The translations under genes were made by a program, and so were the position numbers. A DNA stretch of 64,000 nt from Candidatus Poribacteria bacterium (GTDB taxonomy: Bacteria > Poribacteria > WGA-4E > WGA-3G), in NCBI GenBank assembly GCA_965215265.1, contig OZ244048.1, positions 3,872,001 through 3,936,000 on the forward strand. The letters run 5' to 3'. Position 1 is the stretch's first letter, and every line of letters starts with the position of its first letter. Below are positions 30,794-40,545 of this stretch, in pieces. A model generated the notes under the pieces. The model worked only from the letters and a program-made list of their open reading frames with translations, made no database searches and was not told where the DNA came from.

Positions 30794-33016
30794 CTACAGA
30801 TTATAGAGGTAGGTCACCTTTATGACAAGCACGCGAGTCTCAAAGGCGATAGCCTTTCCGATGTCGCCGTGCCATGTTTGGTTATATGCGAGAAAAAAAT
30901 GGCTCTTAGGGCTATATTCCCAGCCGAACAGTAAACTGAGTAGGTAATCCTGCTGAGACGGTGCAGCGAGTCGTTTTTCGTTGTCGGCTTGTGCAAACGC
31001 CCGTAGGAACGTTTCACGTGTAAATAGATAAGTGGCACGTAGCGAACCGACAAAAAATCTGCCATCAATCTTATTTTCAAGATCAAGACTCTGTGCGTAG
31101 CTGCTGTCTAATTCTATGGCAAAATTACTTTTTGGGCGAAGTGTGGATTCAAGAAAGAACTGTCGCTGTTTGCCGGCTTGTTGGTGCGTGAAATTGAAAT
31201 AGTCAGAAAAAGCCGTACCGATGCCGAAAGCAACCGGCTTCGTGGAATTTGTATCGATAAAGAGCCCGTAACTGTCTGCTATGAATACCTCTGTGAGCTC
31301 AACTTCTCGTCTTCGGCTGTAATAGACTTCGAAGTCGTCGAAAAAAGTCTCTCTAAACTCAAGACTCGCGTTAACTTGAACGCTCCACCGAAGAAGGTCT
31401 TCGTCAAAGTCAGGTGTGAGTGAGAGTTCGGGATTGCGTTCCTGCCATGCAGTAAAATATTCGCGTCTGTAGAGACTTTGTGAGAGGCGGGTACTGAGCC
31501 CGAGAAAAAGTTGGCGTGTCCCCCATTGTGGGGCATAGGAGCTGCGCGCGTATATCCGCTGCCATCCGCGGTTTAACTCCTTTCGGAGAAATCCTGTCTG
31601 ATTGATTTCAAAGTTTGGTAAGACACGTTCGAACCCGACAAGGCTGCTCCAGAGATAGTTGCGCTGAGCGAAATCGACCGTATACGCGAGGTTGTCAGTA
31701 TCTTCACCCGGATGAAAACTGCCGGCGTACTGTCCTGTAATATGATAAGTCTTTCCTAATGCCAGGTTCATGTCAATTCCTCCGACGCGGCTATGCTCCG
31801 CTGCCATTTCCTTATTTGCAAGCAGGATGCCAACGTTAGAACGTTTGAGGATGTCGCGTTTGAGCCGCATCGCAGAAAACCATGCCCGATCTTTTCCGGA
31901 CGGTATTCCACCGTTTTCTTGGTTAAACGTCCTGAATTCGCCAGTCTGGTTTCCAAGAACGCCGATTGAATACTTGCCTACTTTACCGGTCAGCTTACTG
32001 CCCCACAGAATATCGCCGCGGCTGCCGATACGACGGCTGAAGAACAGATCATACGGTGTCTCAAAAAAACTGTTCCCCTCAACGAAAAAAGGACGTTTTT
32101 CAGCAAATCGCGTTGGAAATCGCGTCAGGTTAATCTCCAGTTGATCTGCTTCAACTTGTGCAAAATCCGGGTTTACGGTAAGATTTGCCTTCAATGCACT
32201 CGTTAAATTGTGTTGGAAATCCAATCCGGTCCCGAATTCGGATGTTAGGGTACCATCTGATCCTCCGGCCCCGCCGCCCAAAAGGTAAGGTGTGAGCTCA
32301 AAATTTTTCCCTGTCTCAATCTCAGAAATGCCCATCAGGTGCCCTAAATCGGACATGCGTGTTACCACACCGGCTTGGGTTAACTGCTTCCAGACTGTTA
32401 CTTCGCTTTTCCGACGGTTCACTCTTTCAACATCAAACCCCCACGTTTGGGTAGGCTTGTCAACAAAACGGAAATTGGCAAACGGAATTTTAAATTCCAC
32501 CGTCCAGCCGGATGCATCAATGGCTGCCTCTACCCACCAAACGCCTTTCCAATTGCTATCACGTTGAGTATCCTCATAGCGGTAGTTATCACTCTGCACC
32601 CCACCGGGGTTCGTGGCAAATTTATAGCCAGTCCGATGGTCATGGTGGGGGTCTATGAAGAAAGAGATGACATCCGAGGCATAGACATCACCGCGCCGCG
32701 TCATCCGATTGACGATCTTCTCAGGCTCAGCGTCGTAGCATCGGAAAGCAAGATAGAGGTTACGCGTGTCGTAGGCAATACGACATTCGGTGTCATCTGT
32801 GGCAGGTTGACCTCGGGAAGGCTCCAGTTGAACGAAACCGCTAATCGGTTTGGCATGTTGCCAGACAATATCGTCAAGTTTACCATCAATATGCGGCGGG
32901 GTACTCTCAATACGGTAGGCTTCAATCACATGCTCACCGCTGCCTTCTTGATGTGCAAACGGAGACATAGAAGATAAAAGAGATAGTAATATGGAAATGG
33001 TTAGGCGTTTTAGCAT
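30794..33016 (-). CDS. CBM9-like + DUF5916 outer-membrane protein
   Basis: Signal peptide, IDGKLDD, WTVEFKIPF, NPDFAQVEAD, EKRPFFVEG, FFSRRIG. Confidence 0.88.
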   Translation of the reverse strand: MLKRLTISILLSLLSSMSPFAHQEGSGEHVIEAYRIESTPPHIDGKLDDIVWQHAKPISGFVQLEPSRGQPATDDTECRIAYDTRNLYLAFRCYDAEPEKIVNRMTRRGDVYASDVISFFIDPHHDHRTGYKFATNPGGVQSDNYRYEDTQRDSNWKGVWWVEAAIDASGWTVEFKIPFANFRFVDKPTQTWGFDVERVNRRKSEVTVWKQLTQAGVVTRMSDLGHLMGISEIETGKNFELTPYLLGGGAGGSDGTLTSEFGTGLDFQHNLTSALKANLTVNPDFAQVEADQLEINLTRFPTRFAEKRPFFVEGNSFFETPYDLFFSRRIGSRGDILWGSKLTGKVGKYSIGVLGNQTGEFRTFNQENGGIPSGKDRAWFSAMRLKRDILKRSNVGILLANKEMAAEHSRVGGIDMNLALGKTYHITGQYAGSFHPGEDTDNLAYTVDFAQRNYLWSSLVGFERVLPNFEINQTGFLRKELNRGWQRIYARSSYAPQWGTRQLFLGLSTRLSQSLYRREYFTAWQERNPELSLTPDFDEDLLRWSVQVNASLEFRETFFDDFEVYYSRRREVELTEVFIADSYGLFIDTNSTKPVAFGIGTAFSDYFNFTHQQAGKQRQFFLESTLRPKSNFAIELDSSYAQSLDLENKIDGRFFVGSLRATYLFTRETFLRAFAQADNEKRLAAPSQQDYLLSLLFGWEYSPKSHFFLAYNQTWHGDIGKAIAFETRVLVIKVTYLYNL

Positions 33017-33480
33017 GCTGTTAATTATTATGAACGTGATACTGCTCCCTAAACTGTAGGCGTAATCTGCTCATCGCGATATACCCGGCGGCATGCCATG
33101 CGTGTATTCCCACCTCAATGTGCAGAGCCAAATGTTTGTAGTAGTTTTTTATGAGGATTTTTCGTTAAACAGTGGGACGACGGGGTGCTTCCTAACCCGT
33201 GGCCTATCGCATTTGAGCCCTTTTGCAATAAAGTATCACGTAAGTCGCAAAAAATATCAAGAAAAATCAGAATATTTTTTCTGCTTATAGAGGTGGATGC
33301 TTTGAAAAAACAGTCTCCGCTCTCTAATAGCGTATAACCACGCACATTTTAACGCCCTCGAAAAAAGTCAACCAAAATCTGTTGCTTTTTTATTCAGAAA
33401 ACGTTAAATTCTTTAAACGAAATGTAGGATGGATATTGTACGGATTGGAAATATTGCCATGATGATGCAAGGAGAAATTC

Positions 33481-34284
33481 ATGATTGAATTGACGCACGA
33501 AGAAATCGAATTTTTCAAAAATGAAGGTTATTTGGTAAAACGGAACGTCCTTGACCCGGAACTGATGGAGCAAGCACGCACAAGACTCTGGGACGGTGCG
33601 CCGGAAGGTAGATGTCGGGAAAATCCAGAGACATGGGTGGGGCCTTTCAAACCGGAAGAAGAGAACGAGGCATCTGAAAACAAGCGGAAGGGGTTCCGGT
33701 GGAACTTTCGTGAGCCGGGTGGCGAAGAGTGGATGGTGCGGCTCCTCGCCACGGATGCGAACGTTTGGCGGATGGCGGAACAGTTTTTAGGAGAGGACAA
33801 TCTCGTGATACCAGAACGAGTACGTGGTATTTACTGCACTTTGCCGTACGGAGATGTCCCCAAAAAATCGATTGGCTGTCATGTGGACGCACATCCGTTC
33901 CACCTCGGTGTCGTCGGTTACATTGACGATGTCCCGCCTGAAGGCGGCGGGTTTACTGTCTGGCCGGGGAGCCACCGTACATTCTATTACGATTACTACT
34001 CGCAATATAAGAACGAACCGAAACCGGAGTATGACACGGACCGGGAGCGCATTAGCCGTCAACCGGGCATCGAATGCCACGGGAATGCCGGCGATATCGT
34101 TTTCTGGCATCACCGTATCGGCCATGCTGCAGGGCATAACTACTCGCGCCAGATTCGGCAAGCCGTGTTATACGATTTTAGGAAGACAGAGCTCGCACAG
34201 ACCCAGGAGGAACCCCCCAACGATGATATGTGGCGTGATTGGCCCGGTATTAAAGCGTTGGATAACGGCGGCCCGCTTGCTTAG
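33481..34284 (+). CDS. Phytanoyl-CoA dioxygenase (PhyH) family protein
   Basis: FFKNEGYL, HVD, VWPGSH, AGDIVFWH..H. Confidence 0.88.
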   Translation: MIELTHEEIEFFKNEGYLVKRNVLDPELMEQARTRLWDGAPEGRCRENPETWVGPFKPEEENEASENKRKGFRWNFREPGGEEWMVRLLATDANVWRMAEQFLGEDNLVIPERVRGIYCTLPYGDVPKKSIGCHVDAHPFHLGVVGYIDDVPPEGGGFTVWPGSHRTFYYDYYSQYKNEPKPEYDTDRERISRQPGIECHGNAGDIVFWHHRIGHAAGHNYSRQIRQAVLYDFRKTELAQTQEEPPNDDMWRDWPGIKALDNGGPLA

Positions 34285-34300
34285 CGTGGATGAGCTCTCT

Positions 34301-35122
34301 TTACCGGAGTTGCAACTCTTCTAATGTCGCTTCCATCATATCGTACGCAATTCGCGCCTTTTCCATTCGCATCTGCGGGAACGTTTCAACCGAGATGTAC
34401 TTATCGTAACCGACTCTTCCCAAGCTCTCAGCAAAGGTTCGGAAATCTAATTCGTCTCCTGCTTCACCGGGAATCAGGAAGGTGCTATACGGGTACATCC
34501 CTGTCACACCTTTGACGTGGCAATGCGCAGTTAGATGTCCCAATTTCTCCGTTACCTCAGCGATGTCTTCACCGAGATGATAGAAATTGGTGATGTCGTT
34601 GAGAACCCTGAGTGCATCGGAACCTACGTGTTCAATCAACAGAGCGACTTTGCATGCAGCGTCTATTGTTGTAGCTTCATGATTATGGATATTCATCGTA
34701 ATGCCGAGCTCCCCGGCACGACGACATATCGGCTTCAGCACGTCAACCAGAAGTCGCCAGGCGAACGCGTCCCCTTTGTCCGCGCCATAACCGGTAAGGA
34801 AATTAACACCACTCGCTTCAAGCACAACTGCCACATCTTGTAGTAAGGCATAGTGTTCAACGGCGTGCTGCTTGTTCTCCAGTGCAAGTTGATACAACCC
34901 TTTCCCGGTAAACGGATTGATGACGGAAACCTTCAAACCGTGGTCTCCGGTCATTGCCTTAACTTGTTTAAGCAAATTATCGGTAATATCCCCAGATGGG
35001 ATATGTGCCTCCGGCCCGCACATCATTTCAATCGCATCGTAACCCACCTCAGCGAGGATGCGGATAACCTGCTTAAGGGGCAGCTCTTTCATCCCGCCTG
35101 CGTGGTAAGAAATTCCTATCAT
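34301..35122 (-). CDS. Sugar phosphate isomerase/epimerase (xylose-isomerase-like TIM barrel)
   Basis: GYDAIE, IHNHE, HCHVK, GYDKYISVE. Confidence 0.85.
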   Translation of the reverse strand: MIGISYHAGGMKELPLKQVIRILAEVGYDAIEMMCGPEAHIPSGDITDNLLKQVKAMTGDHGLKVSVINPFTGKGLYQLALENKQHAVEHYALLQDVAVVLEASGVNFLTGYGADKGDAFAWRLLVDVLKPICRRAGELGITMNIHNHEATTIDAACKVALLIEHVGSDALRVLNDITNFYHLGEDIAEVTEKLGHLTAHCHVKGVTGMYPYSTFLIPGEAGDELDFRTFAESLGRVGYDKYISVETFPQMRMEKARIAYDMMEATLEELQLR

Positions 35123-35407
35123 GTGTCAGTCCCTCCTTCATGCACTATAGCGTTCTATTCACTCTTTTAAACATCAGTTTCACTATAATACTTGCAGACT
35201 TGCTTTGATGAAGATTAATATCTTAATTCACGACTCGTGCGCTTATTGTAGCGAGTTTTCCGATTCGGTTTTCTCATGTCAACCGCCTGGGGTCCTCTTC
35301 TTCACCGTCTTTAACATTAATAAAGATGGACAAAACCCCTTAATTTATGTTAAACTATTATCGTGCAAAAATCAAGTTTTAGTGAAAAATAAGATTGGAG
35401 GCAAATC

Positions 35408-36514
35408 TTGCGCCAGAATCAAGCAGATGTAGTTATCATTGGCGGAGGGATTATCGGTTGCGCAATCGCGTATAATCTCGCCAAGCATCAAGTCAACACG
35501 CTCGTGATTGAAAAAGCAGCACAAGTTGGCCAGGAAGCCTCGTGGGCAGGCGCGGGGATTTTAACCTCACATGCGTCAACTGATGCACCGTATCCAACGC
35601 TCTGCCGTGCCAGCCTTGCCTTGTACCCATCACTCGCGGACGAACTTAAGGCAGAAACGCAGATCGATGTTGAATTGATTCGTGCCGGCACACTGTCTGT
35701 GTTCTTTAATTCTGCAGAAGCCACAAGAATTATCGGCTTAGCAGAGCGCCGCATTAACCGCGGATTTTCTGCGGAAGTTTTGACTCCAGAACAGGCATGG
35801 CACTTAGAACCGGCACTCTCAACGTCTATTGCCGGCGCTGTCCTATTTCCTGAAGATGCCCAGGTACGCAACCCAAAACTTGTCACGGCCCTGGCGAAAG
35901 CGGCACTGAAGCGAGGCGCACGTTTTAAACTCGGCAATCCTGTTACAGGATTCATCCGAAAAAACAAGCGTGTTGTCGCCACCGTTGTCAACGGGGAAAC
36001 CGTATACGCGGACACATTTGTCATTGCCGCCGGGTGTTGGACAGCGCAGCTGACAGAATTGCTTGACGCTACTATGCAAATCTTGCCTGCAAAAGGCCAG
36101 ATAGTGCTTGTTGAGACAGGGCCACCACTATTTCAGCGTACGATTGATGGACTCGGCATCTATCTCGTACCACGCGCCGATGGGAAACTTCTACTTGGTG
36201 CCACGGTCGAATTTGTTGGTTATGACAAAAGTCCGACAGTAGATGGCATCAAGGAGATGATTGATGCAGGAATTCAAATCGCGCCGGGAATCGCAAGCAG
36301 CACCTTTGTCCAAACGTGGGCAGGTTTACGTCCTTATACCAAGAACGGACCGCGACTCGGATATTTGCCCGGGTATGACAATGTGGTGCTGGCATCTGGA
36401 CATTACAAAAATGGAATTCTGCTTGCTCCGATTACGGGACAACTTATCGCAGAGTTATTAACAACAGGCACACCTTCTCTTTCACTGGATACATTTCAAC
36501 CGGCCCAGCCGTAG
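35408..36514 (+). CDS. thiO: Glycine oxidase
   Basis: GGGIIG, ASWAGAGIL, PAKGQ, WAGLRP, GHYKNGILLAP. Confidence 0.85.
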   Translation: MRQNQADVVIIGGGIIGCAIAYNLAKHQVNTLVIEKAAQVGQEASWAGAGILTSHASTDAPYPTLCRASLALYPSLADELKAETQIDVELIRAGTLSVFFNSAEATRIIGLAERRINRGFSAEVLTPEQAWHLEPALSTSIAGAVLFPEDAQVRNPKLVTALAKAALKRGARFKLGNPVTGFIRKNKRVVATVVNGETVYADTFVIAAGCWTAQLTELLDATMQILPAKGQIVLVETGPPLFQRTIDGLGIYLVPRADGKLLLGATVEFVGYDKSPTVDGIKEMIDAGIQIAPGIASSTFVQTWAGLRPYTKNGPRLGYLPGYDNVVLASGHYKNGILLAPITGQLIAELLTTGTPSLSLDTFQPAQP

Positions 36515-36762
36515 GCGGGGTTTTTCTGAACCCCTATTTAGGCTGCCCCTGATGGCACTCAAAGTTGTTGTCTTGCCATCCATTAAATCAACAAAGAAAG
36601 TGTCCAGGTCTTTTTAGGTTCCCTATAACCATCACCAGTCATTTTAAATGAATTCTTTTTTGAGATTCGGATTAAAGTATTTAAGTTATTTTTTTTGTAG
36701 GATAGAAACAGGGGTATTAGATACCCCTATCTGACGATATACTTTAGAAAGGAGATTACATA

Positions 36763-37008
36763 ATGCGTCAGGACATTCAAGTTCTCATTGAGGCAATGCA
36801 TCACGTGTGGGATAATAATTCGCGCCTACGGAGAGCGGTATGCAGGATATACGGCTATCGGAAGGAACATGCGTTCGGAAACAGCCGAGGCGCGCGATGT
36901 TTGGACAATAACGCAATCATGGAAAAGGTATCTATTTTTAGGAGTGAACGAGCAGGCCCCTACTACAAGCACAGTGGAAAGGAGGTAGAGTGGCTCGCCT
37001 TCGCTTGA
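36763..37008 (+). CDS. Small hypothetical protein
   Basis: Strong RBS AAAGGAG; lies immediately upstream of the ECF sigma gene. Confidence 0.5.
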   Translation: MRQDIQVLIEAMHHVWDNNSRLRRAVCRIYGYRKEHAFGNSRGARCLDNNAIMEKVSIFRSERAGPYYKHSGKEVEWLAFA

Positions 37009-37032
37009 ACACTCCTTTCTGAGGAGACAAGC

Positions 37033-37626
37033 ATGCAGCAAACTGACGAACAGTTGATGCTCTCTGTCAAAGATGGAGATGGAGACGCATTCCAAACTTT
37101 AACGGAACGACACTATTCACAGACTTTAAATTTTATCTATCGGTTTGTTAAAGACCGGCCGCTCGCGGAAGATCTCTGTCAGGAGACGTTTCTTCGGCTC
37201 TGGCGCAGTGCTCCAAGGTACCGCCCGATTGCCAAATTCCGCACGTTTCTCTATCATATTGCCAAGAACGTCTGTTTCAAACAGCTGGCGAAAGAACAGC
37301 GAACACCCTACATGGAATCCTTGGATGTGCTCGCTAATAGAGATAGAGATGATGAAAACCATCAACCGCTTGCAGTCGCGATCTCAGATACACATTACTC
37401 ACCTGAAGCAATTCTGATTGCTCAAGAAACCCGGGAGATGATTCAAGCTGCAATCGAGAAACTGTCAAAAGAACACCAAATGGTGTTCCAGTTAACAGAA
37501 CTTCACGGGTTATCTTATCAAGAAGTCGCTGATATTGTTCAATGTCCTATCGGTACTGTGGCTTCGCGAAAAAACGCCGCGATTCGACAGCTCCGTAAAT
37601 TTTTGGCACCATATAGAGAAATATAA
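37033..37626 (+). CDS. ECF sigma-70 factor
   Basis: AEDLCQETFLRLW, FRTFLYHIAKN, LSYQEVA..PIGTVASR. Confidence 0.93.
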   Translation: MQQTDEQLMLSVKDGDGDAFQTLTERHYSQTLNFIYRFVKDRPLAEDLCQETFLRLWRSAPRYRPIAKFRTFLYHIAKNVCFKQLAKEQRTPYMESLDVLANRDRDDENHQPLAVAISDTHYSPEAILIAQETREMIQAAIEKLSKEHQMVFQLTELHGLSYQEVADIVQCPIGTVASRKNAAIRQLRKFLAPYREI

Positions 37627-37723
37627 CATCCGCTTCAGAAGCCTTTAGAACAGGTTGTAAAACGCATGTTACTTTCTTGACTATGGGTTCCCAGGGCATT
37701 GTTCTGGATAAAGGCTTTTCTCT

Positions 37724-37767
37724 ACACCCTGGTTCGTGAATCGCGCGCCAGGGTGTTTTTCTTTTTT
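37724..37767 (+). terminator. Intrinsic terminator
   Basis: ACACCCTGG...CCAGGGTGT followed by a T-rich tract. Confidence 0.65.
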
Positions 37768-37771
37768 CAAG

Positions 37772-37951
37772 ATGGAAGCACTCGGAGAAATAAACTGCAC
37801 CCCCGAGGAAAAAGCCAGTGTTGAAAAAATACTCGCCCTTATGAAAGACGGTCACAGCTGGAAAGTCGGCAGATTACTCATTAACGAAGAAGAATATCCT
37901 GGCATTATCGGAGCCATAGAGTTTATTTGTGAAGTACCAGATTCAAACTAA
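37772..37951 (+). CDS. Small protein, paralogue A1 (possibly 5'-truncated)
   Basis: MEALGEINCTPEEKASVEKIL..W aligns with 37971-38189; no RBS. Confidence 0.55.
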   Translation: MEALGEINCTPEEKASVEKILALMKDGHSWKVGRLLINEEEYPGIIGAIEFICEVPDSN

Positions 37952-37970
37952 CTAAAAAAGGAGCCCTACA

Positions 37971-38189
37971 ATGGTTTATGTCACATACACAGAAGGAATG
38001 GATGCACTCGAACAATTAGATCTCACCCCCGAGAAAAAAGCCGAAGTTCAAAAAATCCTCGGTCTTCTTTTAGAAGGTGCTGGCTGGAAAGCCGTCAGAA
38101 ACATACTGGCTGATCAGGAAAAATTTCCTAACATCCTCAAAGCCATAGAAGTCTACTCTGCTACTACTGCAAATGATATCTACTACTAA
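37971..38189 (+). CDS. Small protein, paralogue A2
   Basis: RBS AAGGAG; MDALEQLDLTPEKKAEVQKIL..W. Confidence 0.7.
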   Translation: MVYVTYTEGMDALEQLDLTPEKKAEVQKILGLLLEGAGWKAVRNILADQEKFPNILKAIEVYSATTANDIYY

Positions 38190-38257
38190 TTATGGCTATT
38201 CAGAGCCATAGCCATAAGATACACAGCAATTAAGACTCGAACTACCAGAGGCGACAA

Positions 38258-38380
38258 GTGCTGGCAAGCCAAACAAGTTTGGCACGCCAAGCAATAAAAG
38301 CTGTCCGTAGTGAACTCAGAAAAATCCACACACACAAAAACGAATGTCTAAAACTTCTGGACTACTTAATCCCTGAATAA
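38258..38380 (+). CDS. Possible 40-aa helical peptide, below the ORF-track cutoff
   Basis: GAGG then GTG start; reads LASQTSLARQAIKAVRSELRKIHTHKNECLKLLDYLIPE and ends just before the repeat unit. Confidence 0.35.
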   Translation: MLASQTSLARQAIKAVRSELRKIHTHKNECLKLLDYLIPE

Positions 38381-38388
38381 ACCAACCG

Positions 38389-38442
38389 CCTGCTGCAGCA
38401 CAAACCTGCAGCAGGCCAAACAAACTAGGAGAATCAAAAATG
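38389..38442 (+). repeat. Hairpin + RBS unit, copy 1
   Basis: CCTGCTGCAG-loop-CTGCAGCAGG...AACTAGGAGAAT.AAAAATG. Confidence 0.85.
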
Positions 38443-38667
38443 ACTGAAGAAATGACAAACAACGATGAAACCTTCGAAACCTTGGATCAAATCCTTACAG
38501 ACATTGTATATGCCGGACGCAACATGGAAAGAATAATAGAAGAATACCATCCCAAAAAATTAGACCCTGCCAAGATAAAAGCAGTGATAATACATCTGAA
38601 TAAAGCCTCTTCTCTCCTACGAGAGAAGATAAAACCACTCCTATCTGAAGAAGATAGGGATTGGTAA
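38440..38667 (+). CDS. Small protein, paralogue B1
   Basis: RBS AGGAG; DIVYAGRN..LDPAKIKAVIIHLN. Confidence 0.75.
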   Translation: MTEEMTNNDETFETLDQILTDIVYAGRNMERIIEEYHPKKLDPAKIKAVIIHLNKASSLLREKIKPLLSEEDRDW

Positions 38668-38678
38668 GGCCAACCAAA

Positions 38679-38733
38679 CCTGCTGCAGCACACACTGCAG
38701 CAGGCCCAACTACAACTAGGAGAATAAAAAATG
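38679..38733 (+). repeat. Hairpin + RBS unit, copy 2
   Basis: Same 10-bp stem and RBS block as 38389-38442. Confidence 0.85.
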
Positions 38734-39144
38734 AAATTCAAATTTTACAGCTCAAACACACAATCTTTTTTAGATTGTGACATCTCCGAAGAAACGGAAA
38801 CCCTCCTCAAAAACCTAATAACCCCAGACACTATTAGAATTTTTAAAAAGCCTGTAAACGCCTACCTCAGACTCAATGAGTTTGAAGAAACCCTCTTCGA
38901 ACTCCTAGAATATAGAAAGCGTGACAACGGATATACATTCTATGTCAGGGAAAAAACCCTGAAAAGTCAAGATGAAATCCTCAAAACCTTGAAAAACATC
39001 GATATAGACATTGGATATGCCGGACACAACCTGCAAAGAATAATGGTTCAATATTACAACGTTAAATTCTTAGACCCTGCCAAGATAGAAGCAGTGACAA
39101 TACATCTGAATAGGGCTTTAATTAGACTCCGAGAGTTCATCTAA
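38731..39144 (+). CDS. Small protein, paralogue B2 with N-terminal extension
   Basis: C-terminal DIGYAGHN..LDPAKIEAVTIHLN matches B1 at the DNA level. Confidence 0.75.
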   Translation: MKFKFYSSNTQSFLDCDISEETETLLKNLITPDTIRIFKKPVNAYLRLNEFEETLFELLEYRKRDNGYTFYVREKTLKSQDEILKTLKNIDIDIGYAGHNLQRIMVQYYNVKFLDPAKIEAVTIHLNRALIRLREFI

Positions 39145-39153
39145 TCCAATACA

Positions 39154-39189
39154 GCATAGGAAAGCAAACTGCTTTCCTATGCCCCTTTT
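39154..39189 (+). terminator. Strong hairpin ending the small-ORF cluster
   Basis: Perfect 13-bp stem GCATAGGAAAGCA/TGCTTTCCTATGC. Confidence 0.7.
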
Positions 39190-39196
39190 CAAAAAT

Positions 39197-39259
39197 GTGG
39201 CAGGGTAAGGTATTCTTTTCTCTCCTGAAAGGAGAGAAAGATTACCTTTTCCCTGCCAC
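39197..39259 (-). repeat. Palindromic REP/MITE-like element, copy 3
   Basis: GTGGCAGGG...CCCTGCCAC; inner TCTCTCCTGAAAGGAGAGA as in copy 1. Confidence 0.85.
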
Positions 39260-39646
39260 CCTGCGGGTGCCGTTTCGACGATCACCGCTTAATAGACACA
39301 CTCCACCACTACTGCTTAAAAATTAAGCAAAAACAAGGGTGGTCACGTTTAGGTCACGTTTTTTATGTGACTGCACAAACCTAATGGCCATCAAGCCGCA
39401 GTACTCTGCGATGACAACTATGAAATCCTCCGGTGGTCACTTGGTAATCATTGGCAAATTGAGGATTCCAAGACAAAATCAGAAAATATATATACAGTTA
39501 CCGTTTTACAGACTCACGCCTTTCACCAACCGTTTTGGACCCATACTTTTGCTTAAACGCTTTAATTTTAACTTGATATTTCCAAGTGAATGCGGTATCC
39601 TATTTTTAGCGAAGCAGAAATAATGCCAAGGCTTGAGGTAAAACGG

Positions 39647-40489
39647 ATGCGTGAAGCGCAGGTGGTCCAAAAAACGGAAGTTCCCGCTACAATAGAATCT
39701 TTGCAACACGAACTCAGCGCACTTGGCCTGAAAGACGGCATGACTTTATTGGTTCATTCGTCATTGCGGGCAATTGGCTGGGTATCCGGTGGTGCAGTCG
39801 CCGTTATCCTGGCACTTCAAGAGACGCTGGGCAGCACAGGAACACTTGTGATGCCTGCATATTCAACGGACTTGAGTGAGCCGAGCAAATGGGAGAATCC
39901 GCCTGTCCCGGAATCGTGGTGGCCGCTCATACGCGAAACTATGCCCGCCTACGATGCTGCGCTCACACCAACGCGTTCAATGGGACTGATTGCAGAGACG
40001 TTCCGAAAGCAGAAAAACGTCCTGCGCACGACCCATCCACAAAACTCATTTTGTGCATCTGGCCCAAAAGCCGGGCATATTATAGAGAATCACTCCTTGG
40101 AATTTGGCTTAGGGGAACAGTCACCGCTTGCCAGAATCTATGAGCTGCACGGTTCTGTTTTGTTACTCGGTGTAGGGCATGCACGGAATACCTCGATGCA
40201 TCTCTCCGAATATCGGGCGAACTTTTCAACCAAACGCATTATCCAGGATGCCGCACCAATTTTTCGGAACGGCTCAAGGGTATGGAAAGTCTTTGAAGAA
40301 ATCAACCTGGATAGCTCAGATTTTGAACACATCGGCGCGGATTTCCTACGTGCAGAGGCAGGACAGGCAGCTCGACACGGCAAGGTCGGACTCGCGAATT
40401 GTCAACTTATACCCCAACGAGATATCGTCGACTTTGCAACTGATTGGATGCAAAAAAATCGAATCAAATCTGCTAAGGATTGCGAATAG
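39647..40489 (+). CDS. AAC(3)/YokD-family N-acetyltransferase
   Basis: LLVHSSL..IGWVSGG, GTLVMP, HPQNSF, NTSMHLSE. Start chosen by the GAGGT RBS. Confidence 0.92.
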   Translation: MREAQVVQKTEVPATIESLQHELSALGLKDGMTLLVHSSLRAIGWVSGGAVAVILALQETLGSTGTLVMPAYSTDLSEPSKWENPPVPESWWPLIRETMPAYDAALTPTRSMGLIAETFRKQKNVLRTTHPQNSFCASGPKAGHIIENHSLEFGLGEQSPLARIYELHGSVLLLGVGHARNTSMHLSEYRANFSTKRIIQDAAPIFRNGSRVWKVFEEINLDSSDFEHIGADFLRAEAGQAARHGKVGLANCQLIPQRDIVDFATDWMQKNRIKSAKDCE

Positions 40490-40545
40490 AGATGTATACA
40501 CGGCCGTGAAAAATTGATAGTCAGGCACGATGGAAGACAAGCAAT

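Noticed and set aside
33017-33480. Long intergenic region as a riboswitch
   Set aside because: I could not match TPP, cobalamin, SAM or other consensus elements by eye; divergent promoters can explain it.
38389-38733. Repeated hairpins as CRISPR repeats or integron attC sites
   Set aside because: Two copies separated by a whole gene; perfect stems without GTTRRRY ends or extrahelical bases; no integrase seen.
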